A stretch of 64,000 nt of DNA from an uncultured Candidatus Saccharimonadales bacterium (GTDB taxonomy: Bacteria; Patescibacteriota; Saccharimonadia; UBA4664). The stretch is taken from contig CAYXSN010000002.1 of the NCBI GenBank assembly GCA_964467655.1, positions 27,327 through 91,326 on the forward strand. Direction: 5' to 3'. The stretch's first letter is position 1. Every line of letters begins with the position of its first letter. The translations under genes and the position numbers were made by a program. Shown one piece after another: positions 38,953 to 49,400 of this stretch. The notes under the pieces are model-generated. The model saw nothing but the letters and a program-made list of their open reading frames with translations, had not been told where the DNA came from and did no database searches.

Positions 38953-40290
38953 TTACTCCAGCGTGAAGTCGGCGCCTAAAGCCCGCAACTTCTGCCACAA
39001 TCCTTCATACCCGCGCTCCAGGTGATGCACGCCGGTGAGTACGCTCTGGCCTTCCGCTACACATGCGGCAATCACTTGGGCCATGCCGGCCCTGATGTCG
39101 GGTACTTCAATCGTGGTCGCGACCAGCGGTGTCGGGCCCTTGATAACCGCCGAGTGCCGCAAACTCCTGTTACGCCAACGGCAAGGTATCTCGCCGAGGC
39201 ATTTGCTAAACACGCCAATATCGGCGCCCATGCGGTTGAGATCTTGAGTGTAGCCGAACCGGTCTTCGTACACCGATTCGTGGACTACCGACATGCCTTT
39301 AGCCTGCGTGAGTGTCACGACAGTTGGCTGCTGCCAGTCAGTCATAAATCCAGGATAGGTATCAGTTTCCAGCTCGATACCCTTGAGCCCGGCCGCCCCA
39401 CGCCGGAACGTAATGCCATCGTCATCGGCCGTAAAATCACCGCCCAGCCGTCGCACGGTGTTGAGGAATGTGCCCATATCTTGCTGGCGAGCGTCATCCA
39501 CTCGGATCTCGCCACCAGTGGCCAGCGCCATATTTGCCCACGAAGCTGCCTCCATGCGGTCGGGCATGACCCGGTACGTCACTCCATGGAGCCGCTCAAC
39601 GCCGTCAATCGTGATGATCCGGCCGGCACCAAACTCAATGATTGCTCCCATTTGCTGGAGCATCTTGACGATATCACCGATCTCCGGCTCGGTGGCGGCA
39701 TTTTCGATGCGAGTACGCCCTTTGGCCATCACGGCAGCAAAGATGATGTTCTCTGTGGCCCCCACCGATGGATAGGGGAGGGCAATGAGGGCACCGTGCA
39801 ACCCATGCTGCGCCGTGGCCTCATAAGTATGATCGCGCTCAACGATCTTGGCGCCCATTTGCTCAAGTGCTTGGATGTGAAAGTCGACGGGCCGCGGCCC
39901 GATGGCATCACCACCCACCCGTGGCACTTCGGCCTCGCCGTGGCGTTGCAACAGTGGTCCCAAGGCGAGAATTGAAATCCGGTTAGTCCGGCTCAATTTA
40001 CTCACCCGGGCCGAAATGATGCGTGGCGTCGTCAATCGCACTTTAGTGCCCTCGCGCGTGACATGAGCACCTACCGCGGCGCAGATCTCTGTGGTAATCG
40101 AAATCTCCTCAATATCCGGGCAATTCTCGAGCACCACCTCGTCAGCCGTCAAGAGGCTAGCAATCATCATCTTGGAAGCGGCGTTTTTGGCGCCGGCCAC
40201 CCGCACGGAGCCTGATAATGGTTTGCCGCCGCGAATCCGGACCAGTTTGGAACTCATGGAGATTTCATTTCCTGTTTCGTCCTTCATCAT
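38953..40290 (-). CDS. murA: UDP-GlcNAc enolpyruvyl transferase (start may be 40257)
   Basis: GAKNA, GGDAIGPRPVDFH, SVGATEN, YPGFMTDWQ, DIRAG, HLERGYE. Confidence 0.95.
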   Translation of the reverse strand: MMKDETGNEISMSSKLVRIRGGKPLSGSVRVAGAKNAASKMMIASLLTADEVVLENCPDIEEISITTEICAAVGAHVTREGTKVRLTTPRIISARVSKLSRTNRISILALGPLLQRHGEAEVPRVGGDAIGPRPVDFHIQALEQMGAKIVERDHTYEATAQHGLHGALIALPYPSVGATENIIFAAVMAKGRTRIENAATEPEIGDIVKMLQQMGAIIEFGAGRIITIDGVERLHGVTYRVMPDRMEAASWANMALATGGEIRVDDARQQDMGTFLNTVRRLGGDFTADDDGITFRRGAAGLKGIELETDTYPGFMTDWQQPTVVTLTQAKGMSVVHESVYEDRFGYTQDLNRMGADIGVFSKCLGEIPCRWRNRSLRHSAVIKGPTPLVATTIEVPDIRAGMAQVIAACVAEGQSVLTGVHHLERGYEGLWQKLRALGADFTLE

Positions 40291-40304
40291 ACTACAATGA
40301 GGCT

Positions 40305-41612
40305 ATGAAAGCTCAGTTTCGACGGCTTGTCGCCGGCTATTTCGAGTGGTTGACTGTCTATACCATCAAACGCTACCGCCTCAAGGTAGTGGCTATCGTG
40401 GGTTCAATTGGTAAAACTTCCACCAAAATGGCCGTCGCTGCAGTGCTGGGCCAAAAATATCGCGTACTGGTGCATCAAGGTAATTACAATTCCGAAATTG
40501 GCTTGCCGCTCTCGGTGTTTGAGTTAACAGTACCGCGTACACTCTTCAATCCGGTGGCTTGGCTCCTCAAAATGATTCAGGCCTGGTGGCGGTCGCGTCG
40601 GTACAAGTATGAGGTATTAGTGTTAGAGCTGGGTACCGACACGCCCGGCGACCTGGCCAAGTTCTGGCGATATCTACAACCCGATATCGGGGTTGTCACG
40701 GCTGTTGCGCCAGAACATATGGCCAATTTCCCTGACGGCCTTGATGAGGTGGCGGCCGAAGAATTGTCGATTGGCGATCATTGTGCCAGGCTCATAGCCG
40801 CCCACGACGAGATCCCCGAAACCTATCGCCGGCGTTACATTGCCCACCTTAAGCATCACACCTACTACGGCCAGAATGTTGAAAGTGGGTATAGTTACCG
40901 GTCCAAACTCACAGCCGAGGGTTCACAACTGTCGATTAAGGATAATGGTTCATTCGTCCTGCAGAACCACTCAGTGGCATTGTTGGGGCCAACTGCCGCC
41001 CAATCGTTGGTGGCTGCCTGGGCTGTCGGCCAGGCATTGGGGCTAACTCAACACCAGCTCACCAAGGGCCTAGCGACTGTACGGCCTGTGGCTGGCCGTC
41101 TCAATCCGCTGGCTGGCATCAACGATGCGCGCCTCATCGACGATACCTACAATTCAAGCCCACAGGCAGTCCGCGAAGCGCTTGCCCTCTTGGCGCTGTC
41201 GCCCGTCGCCGACGCCGGCCGGCGAATTGCAGTTTTGGGCTCCATGAATGAACTAGGCGCCAACGCCCACATGTATCACGAAGAAGTTGGACAGGAAGCA
41301 GCCGGCGTTGATCTGTTGGTGACCATCGGTGATCTGGCTGAGCGCTGGCTGGGTCCGGCAGCAGTGGCAGCCGGCCTCGACCCAACCCGCTATAAGCCGG
41401 CTGATTCACCATATGCGGCGGGTGCCTTCTTGCGGACGACATTGCGTGCTGGCGATGTTGTCCTGATCAAAGGCTCCCAAAACGGGGTCTTTGCCGAGGA
41501 ATGCACGAAGCTACTCTTGGCCGACCCCGCCGACGTCGCCCAGCTGGTACGCCAATCACCAGAGTGGTTACAGATCAAAAAACGCCAATTTACGGATCGA
41601 GTGAGCACATGA
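40305..41612 (+). CDS. murF: UDP-MurNAc-tripeptide:D-Ala-D-Ala ligase
   Basis: GSIGKTSTK, NYNSEIGLP, IDDTYNSSP, GSMNELG, IKGSQ. Confidence 0.9.
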   Translation: MKAQFRRLVAGYFEWLTVYTIKRYRLKVVAIVGSIGKTSTKMAVAAVLGQKYRVLVHQGNYNSEIGLPLSVFELTVPRTLFNPVAWLLKMIQAWWRSRRYKYEVLVLELGTDTPGDLAKFWRYLQPDIGVVTAVAPEHMANFPDGLDEVAAEELSIGDHCARLIAAHDEIPETYRRRYIAHLKHHTYYGQNVESGYSYRSKLTAEGSQLSIKDNGSFVLQNHSVALLGPTAAQSLVAAWAVGQALGLTQHQLTKGLATVRPVAGRLNPLAGINDARLIDDTYNSSPQAVREALALLALSPVADAGRRIAVLGSMNELGANAHMYHEEVGQEAAGVDLLVTIGDLAERWLGPAAVAAGLDPTRYKPADSPYAAGAFLRTTLRAGDVVLIKGSQNGVFAEECTKLLLADPADVAQLVRQSPEWLQIKKRQFTDRVST

Positions 41613-42037
41613 ATTTGCCGATTGTGAATCGCAGCCATCATCCGCTACCGGCCTATCAGACGACCGGCGCTGCCGGGTTTGATCTAACGGCCAACCTTGA
41701 AACACCCATCAGCTTGGCGCCTCTCGAGCGAGCCGTGATAGACACGGGCCTGTACTTTGGTATTCCTGAAGGTTTTGAGCTTCAAATCCGACCCCGCAGC
41801 GGTCTGGCGGCCAAATTCGGCCTGACAGTCCTCAATGCGCCAGGTACTATCGATGCCGATTATCGTGGTGAACTCAAGGTTATCATGGTTAATCTGTCGG
41901 CTCAGGCCTACACCATTCATGATGGCGACAGAATTGCCCAGGCAGTGCTGGGGCCCTCCACCAGGGCCAACCTTACAGTAGTTGACACCCTCGACGAGAC
42001 TGTCAGAGGTGAGGGCAGATTCGGCCACACCGGCTAA
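41609..42037 (+). CDS. dut: dUTP diphosphatase
   Basis: AGFDL, RPRSGLA, GTIDADYRGE, DRIAQ, RGEGRFGHTG. Confidence 0.95.
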   Translation: MNLPIVNRSHHPLPAYQTTGAAGFDLTANLETPISLAPLERAVIDTGLYFGIPEGFELQIRPRSGLAAKFGLTVLNAPGTIDADYRGELKVIMVNLSAQAYTIHDGDRIAQAVLGPSTRANLTVVDTLDETVRGEGRFGHTG

Positions 42038-42056
42038 ATCCTGATATGCTACTCCT

Positions 42057-42785
42057 ATGAAACGTACTCCTCTCCAGACCGCCCGCTCGGTTTCGCAACT
42101 ACTCCGCCGCCATTCCGATCCGTTGCGTGCCATACTCTCTGGGCGCTACTTCAAAACCGGTCCCGGACAGTATGCCGAAGGCGATAGGTTTATAGGTGTT
42201 ACCGTTCCCAGGCAACGCTTGGTGGCCGCCAAATACCGGCAGCTGCCACTCGCTGAGATCAAGCGATTGATCACCAGCAAGATTCACGAAGAGCGTTTGA
42301 CTGCACTGCTGGTATTAGTTTATCAGTACGAGAACGGTACACCCGAGGAACGCAACACCATCTATAAGTTTTATTTGCAGCACACGCACCACATTAATAA
42401 TTGGGATCTGGTTGATACCTCGGCGCCCTACATTATCGGGCCATGGCTGGAGCATGACCCCGAGGCACAGTCAAAACTGCAGAAACTGGCCGCCTCCAAG
42501 CTGATCTGGGAGCGGCGGATTGCTGTATTGGCGACGTTCTACTTCATCAAAGCCGGCCAGTACCGTATCTCGCTTGAGCTCGCCGAGCAACTATTGTCAG
42601 ATCCGCACGATCTCATCCACAAAGCCGTCGGTTGGATGCTCAGAGAGATCGGCAAACGCGACGTTACCACCTTGCGCCAATTTTTGGCCACCCACTATCG
42701 TAGGATGCCCCGAATCATGCTGCGTTATGCCATTGAACACTTTGAGGCGGCCGAGAGGCAACGTTATCTCAAAGGCCAGCTCTAA
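42057..42785 (+). CDS. AlkD-like DNA alkylation repair glycosylase
   Basis: NNWDLVD, WERR, HKAVGWMLRE, LRYAIE. Confidence 0.9.
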   Translation: MKRTPLQTARSVSQLLRRHSDPLRAILSGRYFKTGPGQYAEGDRFIGVTVPRQRLVAAKYRQLPLAEIKRLITSKIHEERLTALLVLVYQYENGTPEERNTIYKFYLQHTHHINNWDLVDTSAPYIIGPWLEHDPEAQSKLQKLAASKLIWERRIAVLATFYFIKAGQYRISLELAEQLLSDPHDLIHKAVGWMLREIGKRDVTTLRQFLATHYRRMPRIMLRYAIEHFEAAERQRYLKGQL

Positions 42786-42888
42786 AGATATCAGTACAAA
42801 AAATGCCCGTTCTCGATTTGCGATGGATCGAGAACGGGCAGGGTGGGCTACACTTCATTGAGAGTGTGCCGCCGTGGGTCATGCCACG

Positions 42889-43077
42889 TTACTCCCGGCG
42901 CCGTCTGCGTCGGCCCATATAGCGCAGGTGGCCGAGCACGTCTCGGGCTGCCTCGGTATTACCGGCGTCCAAGGCTTTCCGCATATCCCTGAGGACCTCA
43001 TCGCCCTCCTGCTTGCCAAGGCCGGCTAGGCCAATCTCTTCATCGGTAGGCTCCGGCTCTGGCTTCCATCCGCGCAT
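42889..43077 (-). CDS. Small hypothetical protein
   Basis: SD-like GAAAGG; downstream hairpin at ~42804-42840. Confidence 0.5.
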   Translation of the reverse strand: MRGWKPEPEPTDEEIGLAGLGKQEGDEVLRDMRKALDAGNTEAARDVLGHLRYMGRRRRRRE

Positions 43078-43133
43078 CGCACCACTGCCTTTCTTTGACT
43101 GGTTGGCTGAGGGTTCGTTGGTATAATGGGCTT

Positions 43134-43466
43134 ATGGCCACATCTCAGGACACAATCGATTTTCTGCTCGAACAGCTGGCGGAGCTGTCAGACCGTCTGA
43201 CTACCTGTCGGATGTTTGGCGAATATTGCCTGTATGTAGACGGCAAACCGACGGCATTCATTTGTGACGATCAGCTATTTTTGAAAATCACGACCGTCAG
43301 CCGCCAATATCTCGACGAGTCGTATAACGGTCAGGCCTACCCGGGTTCGAAGCCCTATCTGCGAATCACTCAAGATATATGGGAAGATCGGGATTGGCTG
43401 ACCAAAGTAGTAGCCGGTACTGCCGATAGCCTGCCCGCGCCAAAGCCCAAGCCGGGCCGGCGCTAG
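43134..43466 (+). CDS. TfoX N-terminal domain protein
   Basis: RMFGEYCLYVDGK..ICDDQLFLK..YPGSKP. Confidence 0.85.
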   Translation: MATSQDTIDFLLEQLAELSDRLTTCRMFGEYCLYVDGKPTAFICDDQLFLKITTVSRQYLDESYNGQAYPGSKPYLRITQDIWEDRDWLTKVVAGTADSLPAPKPKPGRR

Positions 43467-43621
43467 TCCAACTTCCCCCACGACCATAGCCACCAGGCCA
43501 GGCCGACGAAACTGATGACGAGGCCCCATCCGCCGATAAAGAGTCCTACGACAAACAGGACCGGGCCTAGAAAGACGAGAGCCAAGCCGACGAGACCGAT
43601 CAGGAACTCATCAATATCCAT
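43463..43621 (-). CDS. 52-aa two-TM protein
   Basis: MDIDEFLIGLVGLALVFLGPVLFVVG...; SD-like GAGAGGA. Confidence 0.5.
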   Translation of the reverse strand: MDIDEFLIGLVGLALVFLGPVLFVVGLFIGGWGLVISFVGLAWWLWSWGKLD

Positions 43622-43706
43622 GATGCTGTCCTCTCAAGGTACAGTGACACCGAAGCATCATTAAACCACAAACAAGTCAGATTGGCTAGATCGGCATCTA
43701 ATCAGC

Positions 43707-43765
43707 CTCAACTATGAACAAATATGATCCTCACGCCCTCGAACCCAAACGGCAGCAAGTTTGGG
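43707..43765 (+). repeat. Truncated copy 1 of the leuS 5' end
   Basis: CTCAACTATGAACAAATATGATCCTCACGCCCTCGA...GGCAGCAAGTTTGGG, near-identical to 46475-46533. Confidence 0.9.
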
Positions 43766-43813
43766 TTAGCTCAGTTTTGACGACCATCTATCCTTCGTCT
43801 AGACTGGAAGAAC

Positions 43814-45636
43814 ATGAGTGAAATGACCTCGCCGCCAGACTTTCGAGAACAAGAGATTGGTTCTTCGGATTTGGTTGTGCCAGGCAATCCTGAGCGGCCA
43901 TTAAATATATCTGAACCGCGTACACTTGAGGATGTTCCCCCGCCAGATGGTTTTATAGTCACCGATTCTGGCTTGGTTGCACCCAAACCGCCATCAACCA
44001 ATGAATCGCCAGAAGATCCGCCAAAACACCTCATCTTACCAGGCGCATCGGATGTGAGGCGGGTCACTGGCACGGTAGAGGCAGAGCCGACTTACGATGC
44101 GGCATATCTGTGGCTTGTCCACTTGCAGGTTTGAACCGTTCGGTTGCCCATGCAAGTTTGGATCATCTCAGGGCAACCTTCGGAGATTTGCATCGCTATA
44201 CTGAAAACGACCCCGAATCGCGCGATGCAGTACTTGAGACCGTAAGGAGTATTTGCTCACCCGAAGAAACGCAAGCACTTCTGGCAGAATTCCATAAATT
44301 GACTGAGACTCTATCTGAGACGTTACCCGACAAAGCTATAGACGATGCGACGTTGTGGTCGTCACTAACCCTCATAGCAGACACAATTAGTATCAACCAA
44401 GATATGGCCGATATACCGCAGACAGAAGGATTACATCAGCTTTGCTTACGCGCTCTTAGTCACGAAGCCCCGTCTACTCAGGTTCTAGATTTTATATCTC
44501 GTTGCGAAATTACGAATGAGTTAGCCGACGCCTTGCTCGACAGAATAGATATCCATCCGAGTCATCCTCTTTACTGGATAGTGGCCGATAAGCGACCTGC
44601 CCATCCCAGGGTTCAGCGCCAGCGAGAGATGGTTCTACGGCTACAAGATCAAGACTCGTTCAGGCCAACCATGGATGACATCTATGAGTTTGGAAAACTT
44701 GTCCCACTGGGAAGCCTAATGAGCAGGCAATGGCCCCGATCTGGCTTAGAGATTGAGACAACGGTTTTTGGTGGGCCGGCAAAAGTACCCGATGGAGCCG
44801 TTATGGGTACAGATGTAGCTCGTCATGGAAATATCCTAGAACTACGCCTCGACCATGGAGGGCATCCCGAAGTGCTCACCTATGACGCAGCATGGCGGCG
44901 GAGGTATTTTGAGATCTGGCGTTGGGGGCGTGTCTCGAGGAGCGTGAATACTTCGATTCACTTGCATTCTGAAGGTGTTCTCAAGATAGGAAACGCCCAA
45001 GTGATGTTTGGCAGCGACACTGATGATTGCCGAATCAATAATCATGGGACAATCGAAGTACGAACTGTCCTCGAGGGCTACAAAGGCGGACAGGGCTATC
45101 CGGAGCTTCCTTCACCAATACTATTGGAGTTGCTACATAGCCTTGATATGTCTGACCCGGTGCTGCCACGCATCGCCGAGATGTACCTAAAAACAGGCGT
45201 GTATGGAAGCCGACTCAGTAGATCTACCAACGAGCTTGTTACCGCTCGTGACGGCTTAGCGTATTTACTGGAACGCGGCAGTGAGCACGAGCTTGAGACT
45301 TTGGCATATAATCTGGCAACGATCCCAGCCGAACATCAAGCCGAGGTGATAACTGTGATACTGAAACGCGGCAGTGATTCCGGACTCGAGGCGCTGGCTC
45401 GCAATCTGGCAACGATCCCAGCCGAGCATCAAACAAGGGTGATAACTGCGTTGTTGGAAAGAGACAACTCGCGTGGACTTGAGGTGCTGGCTCGCAATCT
45501 GGCAACGATCCCAGCCGAACATCAAGCCAGGGTAGTAGCCGCAGTATCGGAACGGGGATGTATTGTACCTGAATTATACAATTCTTCTAGGCGTTCACTA
45601 ACTATCGGAGCTAGCTCCAAAAATGGCGTTGCATGA
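43814..45636 (+). CDS. Hypothetical protein split into two ORFs (43814-44134, 44110-45636; possible frameshift) with C-terminal 31-aa repeats
   Basis: Overlapping ORFs with no good start for the second; IHLH motif; tandem repeats. Confidence 0.55.
45265..45558 (+). repeat. Three tandem 93-bp (31-aa) coding repeats
   Basis: AATCTGGCAACGATCCCAGCCGA at 45310, 45403, 45496. Confidence 0.9.
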
Positions 45637-45777
45637 AATCATTCATCCCTCATTTGTCTACATAAACAACTTCGCTTATGGACGTGTCAGTTAGGCGACC
45701 TGTCTCCAAGATCTAGCCAATCCTCGATATGTTTTTCTACTCTAGCCCTATATCTGATAGCGGGTTATAATTGAGGC

Positions 45778-45812
45778 CAACTATGAACAAATATGATCCT
45801 CACGCCCTCGAG
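45778..45812 (+). repeat. Truncated copy 2 of the leuS 5' end with its own TATAAT
   Basis: CAACTATGAACAAATATGATCCTCACGCCCTCGAG. Confidence 0.9.
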
Positions 45813-45825
45813 GCCGAGACGATCA

Positions 45826-46389
45826 TTAATCCTCGGCAGTATCTCCATGCGGCTGCATATCGTGGGCGGTAAGAACCTGATCGAGAATCCGCCTTCCGCC
45901 AGCAGTTGGTGGCCGTACGCCCATCTGGACGCTGTGAGGGTCATAACCACTAGTCCAGGGTATAATAATGGCCTCAACGCGATCATTCGTTGTGCCAAGC
46001 GGCGAGACCCAGGGCTCACCAATAGTCACATCAAACAGGGGACTAGCCAATTGCTCCGGAGTGAGGAGGCCGCTTCTCTGCTGTACTAAATCAGCAATCG
46101 CTTCAGAATCAAATACAATCTGACCAGGATGACCAGAAGCATCGCTTCTTTCTGTCTGTATCACGACTGATCCTATCTCATGGGCTAAAGGATCAGCTAT
46201 AGCGCGCGCTAGCGCCTCCATCGACGCAGTCCCGGATCTAAATATGCGTTCAACCTGACCATCGGGATATTGACGTAGCTCCTCTTGACCAAGCGGTGGA
46301 CTCAGTCGATTAAGATCTGTACGATCAGGGTCTACAATCTCAACTGGTGGTCGATTGTTATCTGGTTGATACTGCTCTATGTAGCTCAT
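45826..46389 (-). CDS. Hypothetical protein (cargo)
   Basis: 187-aa ORF between leuS 5' copies. Confidence 0.65.
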   Translation of the reverse strand: MSYIEQYQPDNNRPPVEIVDPDRTDLNRLSPPLGQEELRQYPDGQVERIFRSGTASMEALARAIADPLAHEIGSVVIQTERSDASGHPGQIVFDSEAIADLVQQRSGLLTPEQLASPLFDVTIGEPWVSPLGTTNDRVEAIIIPWTSGYDPHSVQMGVRPPTAGGRRILDQVLTAHDMQPHGDTAED

Positions 46390-46481
46390 GCGAATAGTTT
46401 ACCACATGTCTACAGCTATAAACTACGAGTCTACACTGTGCTAGCCCACTATCTCATATGGCGCTATAATACAGCTCAACT

Positions 46482-49400
46482 ATGAACAAATACGATCCTC
46501 ACGCCCTCGAGCCTAAATGGCAGCAAGTTTGGGCCGACACCAACCTGTACGCCGCCACCGATGACGACCACACCCGCCAAAAATACTACTACCTAGTGGA
46601 GTTTCCGTACCCCAGCGGCGACGGTCTGCATGTCGGCCACGTCCTTAGCTACACGGCGCTCGACATCATGGCCCGCCACAAGCGCATGCAAGGCTACAAC
46701 GTGCTCTACCCCATGGGCTTCGACGAATTTGGCTTGCCCACCGAAAACTATGCCATCAAACACAAAATTGCCCCCCAGGTTGCCACGCAAGCAAATGTGG
46801 CCAACTTCCGCCGCCAACTAAAGTCACTTGGCCTAAGCTTCGACTGGAACCGCGAAGTGCGCACTTCCGACCCCAACTATTACAAGTGGACGCAGTGGAT
46901 CTTCCTCAAGCTGCTCGAAAAAGGCCTAGCTTATCAGGCCGAGCTGCCCATCAACTGGTGCCCGTTCTGTAAAACTGGCCTGGCGAATGAAGAAGTGGTT
47001 GACGGCAAGCACGAGCGCTGTGGCACCCCAGTCGAAAAGAAGCTGCTCACCCAGTGGATGCTTAAAATTACCGCCTACGCCGACCGCCTGGCCGAAGACC
47101 TCAAAACCGTCGATTACCTCGACAGGATCGCTACCCAGCAGATCAACTGGATCGGGCGAAGCGAAGGGGCGGAGATTGACTTTACGCTAGCCGATCACGA
47201 TTACGACGTGGCCGACAGCCTGAAGTTCACGCCTGAGCTGACCAAACTAGTACAGGCTGGCACCAAGACTAACACCATCCGGCTTGAGCCCAAGAATCTC
47301 AAGGTTGGCGATTATACCCGCCTCATCACCCGCTATGATGCTGATCGCACACAAAGCTTTGCCATCGCCAAGATCACCAAGGTTGAAAAGCACGCGTTAT
47401 CTGATATTCCCGTTGATTTGGGTGGTCACGAGCCGTTCGCCAACAAGGCCGAGCAACTTGCCAGCTACCGCAAATACTACGGCGACGCCGTTACCGCCGA
47501 AACTGAATTCACCATTTATTACTTTGAAACTGTTGCCAATACCGTTACCGTCTACACCACCCGCCCCGATACCATCTTTGGCGCTACCTTCCTGGTGGTG
47601 TCGCCCGAAGTGGCCAAAACCTGGATCGACAGCGGTTGGAAAGCCCCCAAACCGGCCGCCGAGTACATCGATGCCGCTCTCAAGGCCAGCGAGCTGTCGC
47701 GCCAGGAAGAGTCAAAAGTCAAAACCGGTGTCGATACCGGCATCACAGCCATCCATCCACTGACCGGCAATCCAGTGCCCGTCTGGGTGGCCGATTACGT
47801 CCTAGGCTCCTATGGCACCGGCGCCATCATGGCCGTGCCCGCCCACGACGAACGCGATTACGAGTTTGCCAAGGCCTTTGATTTACCTGTCACATATGTA
47901 GTTGAGCCTCGTACGGGCACCGGCCCCGATGCGCCTGTACAGCGGCCCAGCATCGTTGCCGTACTACTTGATCAATCTGGTGAACGGGTAGTAAGTATGG
48001 ACCACCACGGACGCCATGATAATTGGGGCGGCCATTTACTCATTGGCGGTGGCATAGACCAGGGTGAACAGCCAATTGACACGGCCCGTCGCGAAATAAT
48101 CGAAGAAACCGGCTACACTGATTTTGAGCTGGTCGAACAAGCTCCATTTCAGATCCATCATCAGTATTTCTCGGCTGAGAAGAAGATCAATCGGCTGGCG
48201 GTTACAACCGGTTTTCTCTTCAAGCTTACCAGTGACCAAAGAGCTGAGCTAAAGCTGACAGACAGCGAAAAACGCAATAGCGTTGAACCGGTCTGGCTGC
48301 CCATTACCGATGCTTTAACGAGCGTAAAAGACGAAATGCATTCGTTGTGGCTACGCTTTTTCACACAAGGCACAAGCTTTGCTGCCAACGGCCCCCTCAT
48401 CAACTCCGGCGAGTTCAACGGCTTGTCTGGCACCGAGGCCAAGCGCGCCATCATCAAGGCATTGTTCGACAAAGGCGCTGGCCGCGGCGCCACCAAATAC
48501 CGCCTGCGCGACTGGATCTTTAGCCGCCAGCACTACTGGGGTGAGCCGATCCCGGTGGTGCATTGCCCCAAAGACGGCGTCGTACCCGTACCCGTCGACC
48601 AACTACCCATCGAGCTGCCCAAAGTCGACCACTACGAGCCGACAGACACCGGCGAGTCGCCGCTGGCCGCCATCACCGACTGGGTGAACACCACGTGCCC
48701 CAAGTGTGGTGGGCCCGCCAAGCGCGAAACCGACACCATGCCCAACTGGGCCGGTTCAAGTTGGTACTTCTTGCGCTACACCGACCCGCACAACGCCAAA
48801 GAGTTTGCGAGTGCCGAAAACCTCAAGTACTGGACCCCTGTCGACCTCTACAACGGCGGCATGGAGCACACCACGCTCCACTTGCTCTACAGCCGCTTCT
48901 GGCACAAATTCCTCTACGACGAAGGCCTCGTGCCCACATCAGAGCCCTACGCCCGGCGCCGCAGTCACGGCATGATACTCGGACCCGACGGCCAAAAGAT
49001 GAGCAAATCCAAGGGCAACGTGATTAATCCAGACAGCGTGGTAGCGCAGTACGGCGCCGACACCATCAGGCTCTACGAAATGTTTATGGGCCCGTTTGAT
49101 GAGGTCAAAGCCTGGAGCGAAGACCATCTCAATGGTGTATCGCGCTTCATGTACCGGGTCTGGACCTGGCTGGACGACCTCACCGACGACGCCGAAACTC
49201 TTGCCGGATCAGTCGGCTACGAAAACGACCTTGGCGCCTTTACCGTGGCCACCGACAGGATCGTCCACAAAACGCTCAAGAAAGTGCACCACGACATCGA
49301 AGACATGCATTTCAACACCGCCGTGTCGGCCATGATGGAGCTGGTCAATTATCTAACGAGCGCCGACGTCAAACGCAAACTCCGCCAGGCCAATGCCGCC

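Noticed and set aside
39022-39975. 317-aa plus-strand ORF
   Set aside because: Antisense shadow of murA
45265-45558. CRISPR array
   Set aside because: The 93-bp period is an in-frame coding repeat and the intervening segments are homologous, not unique spacers; no cas genes
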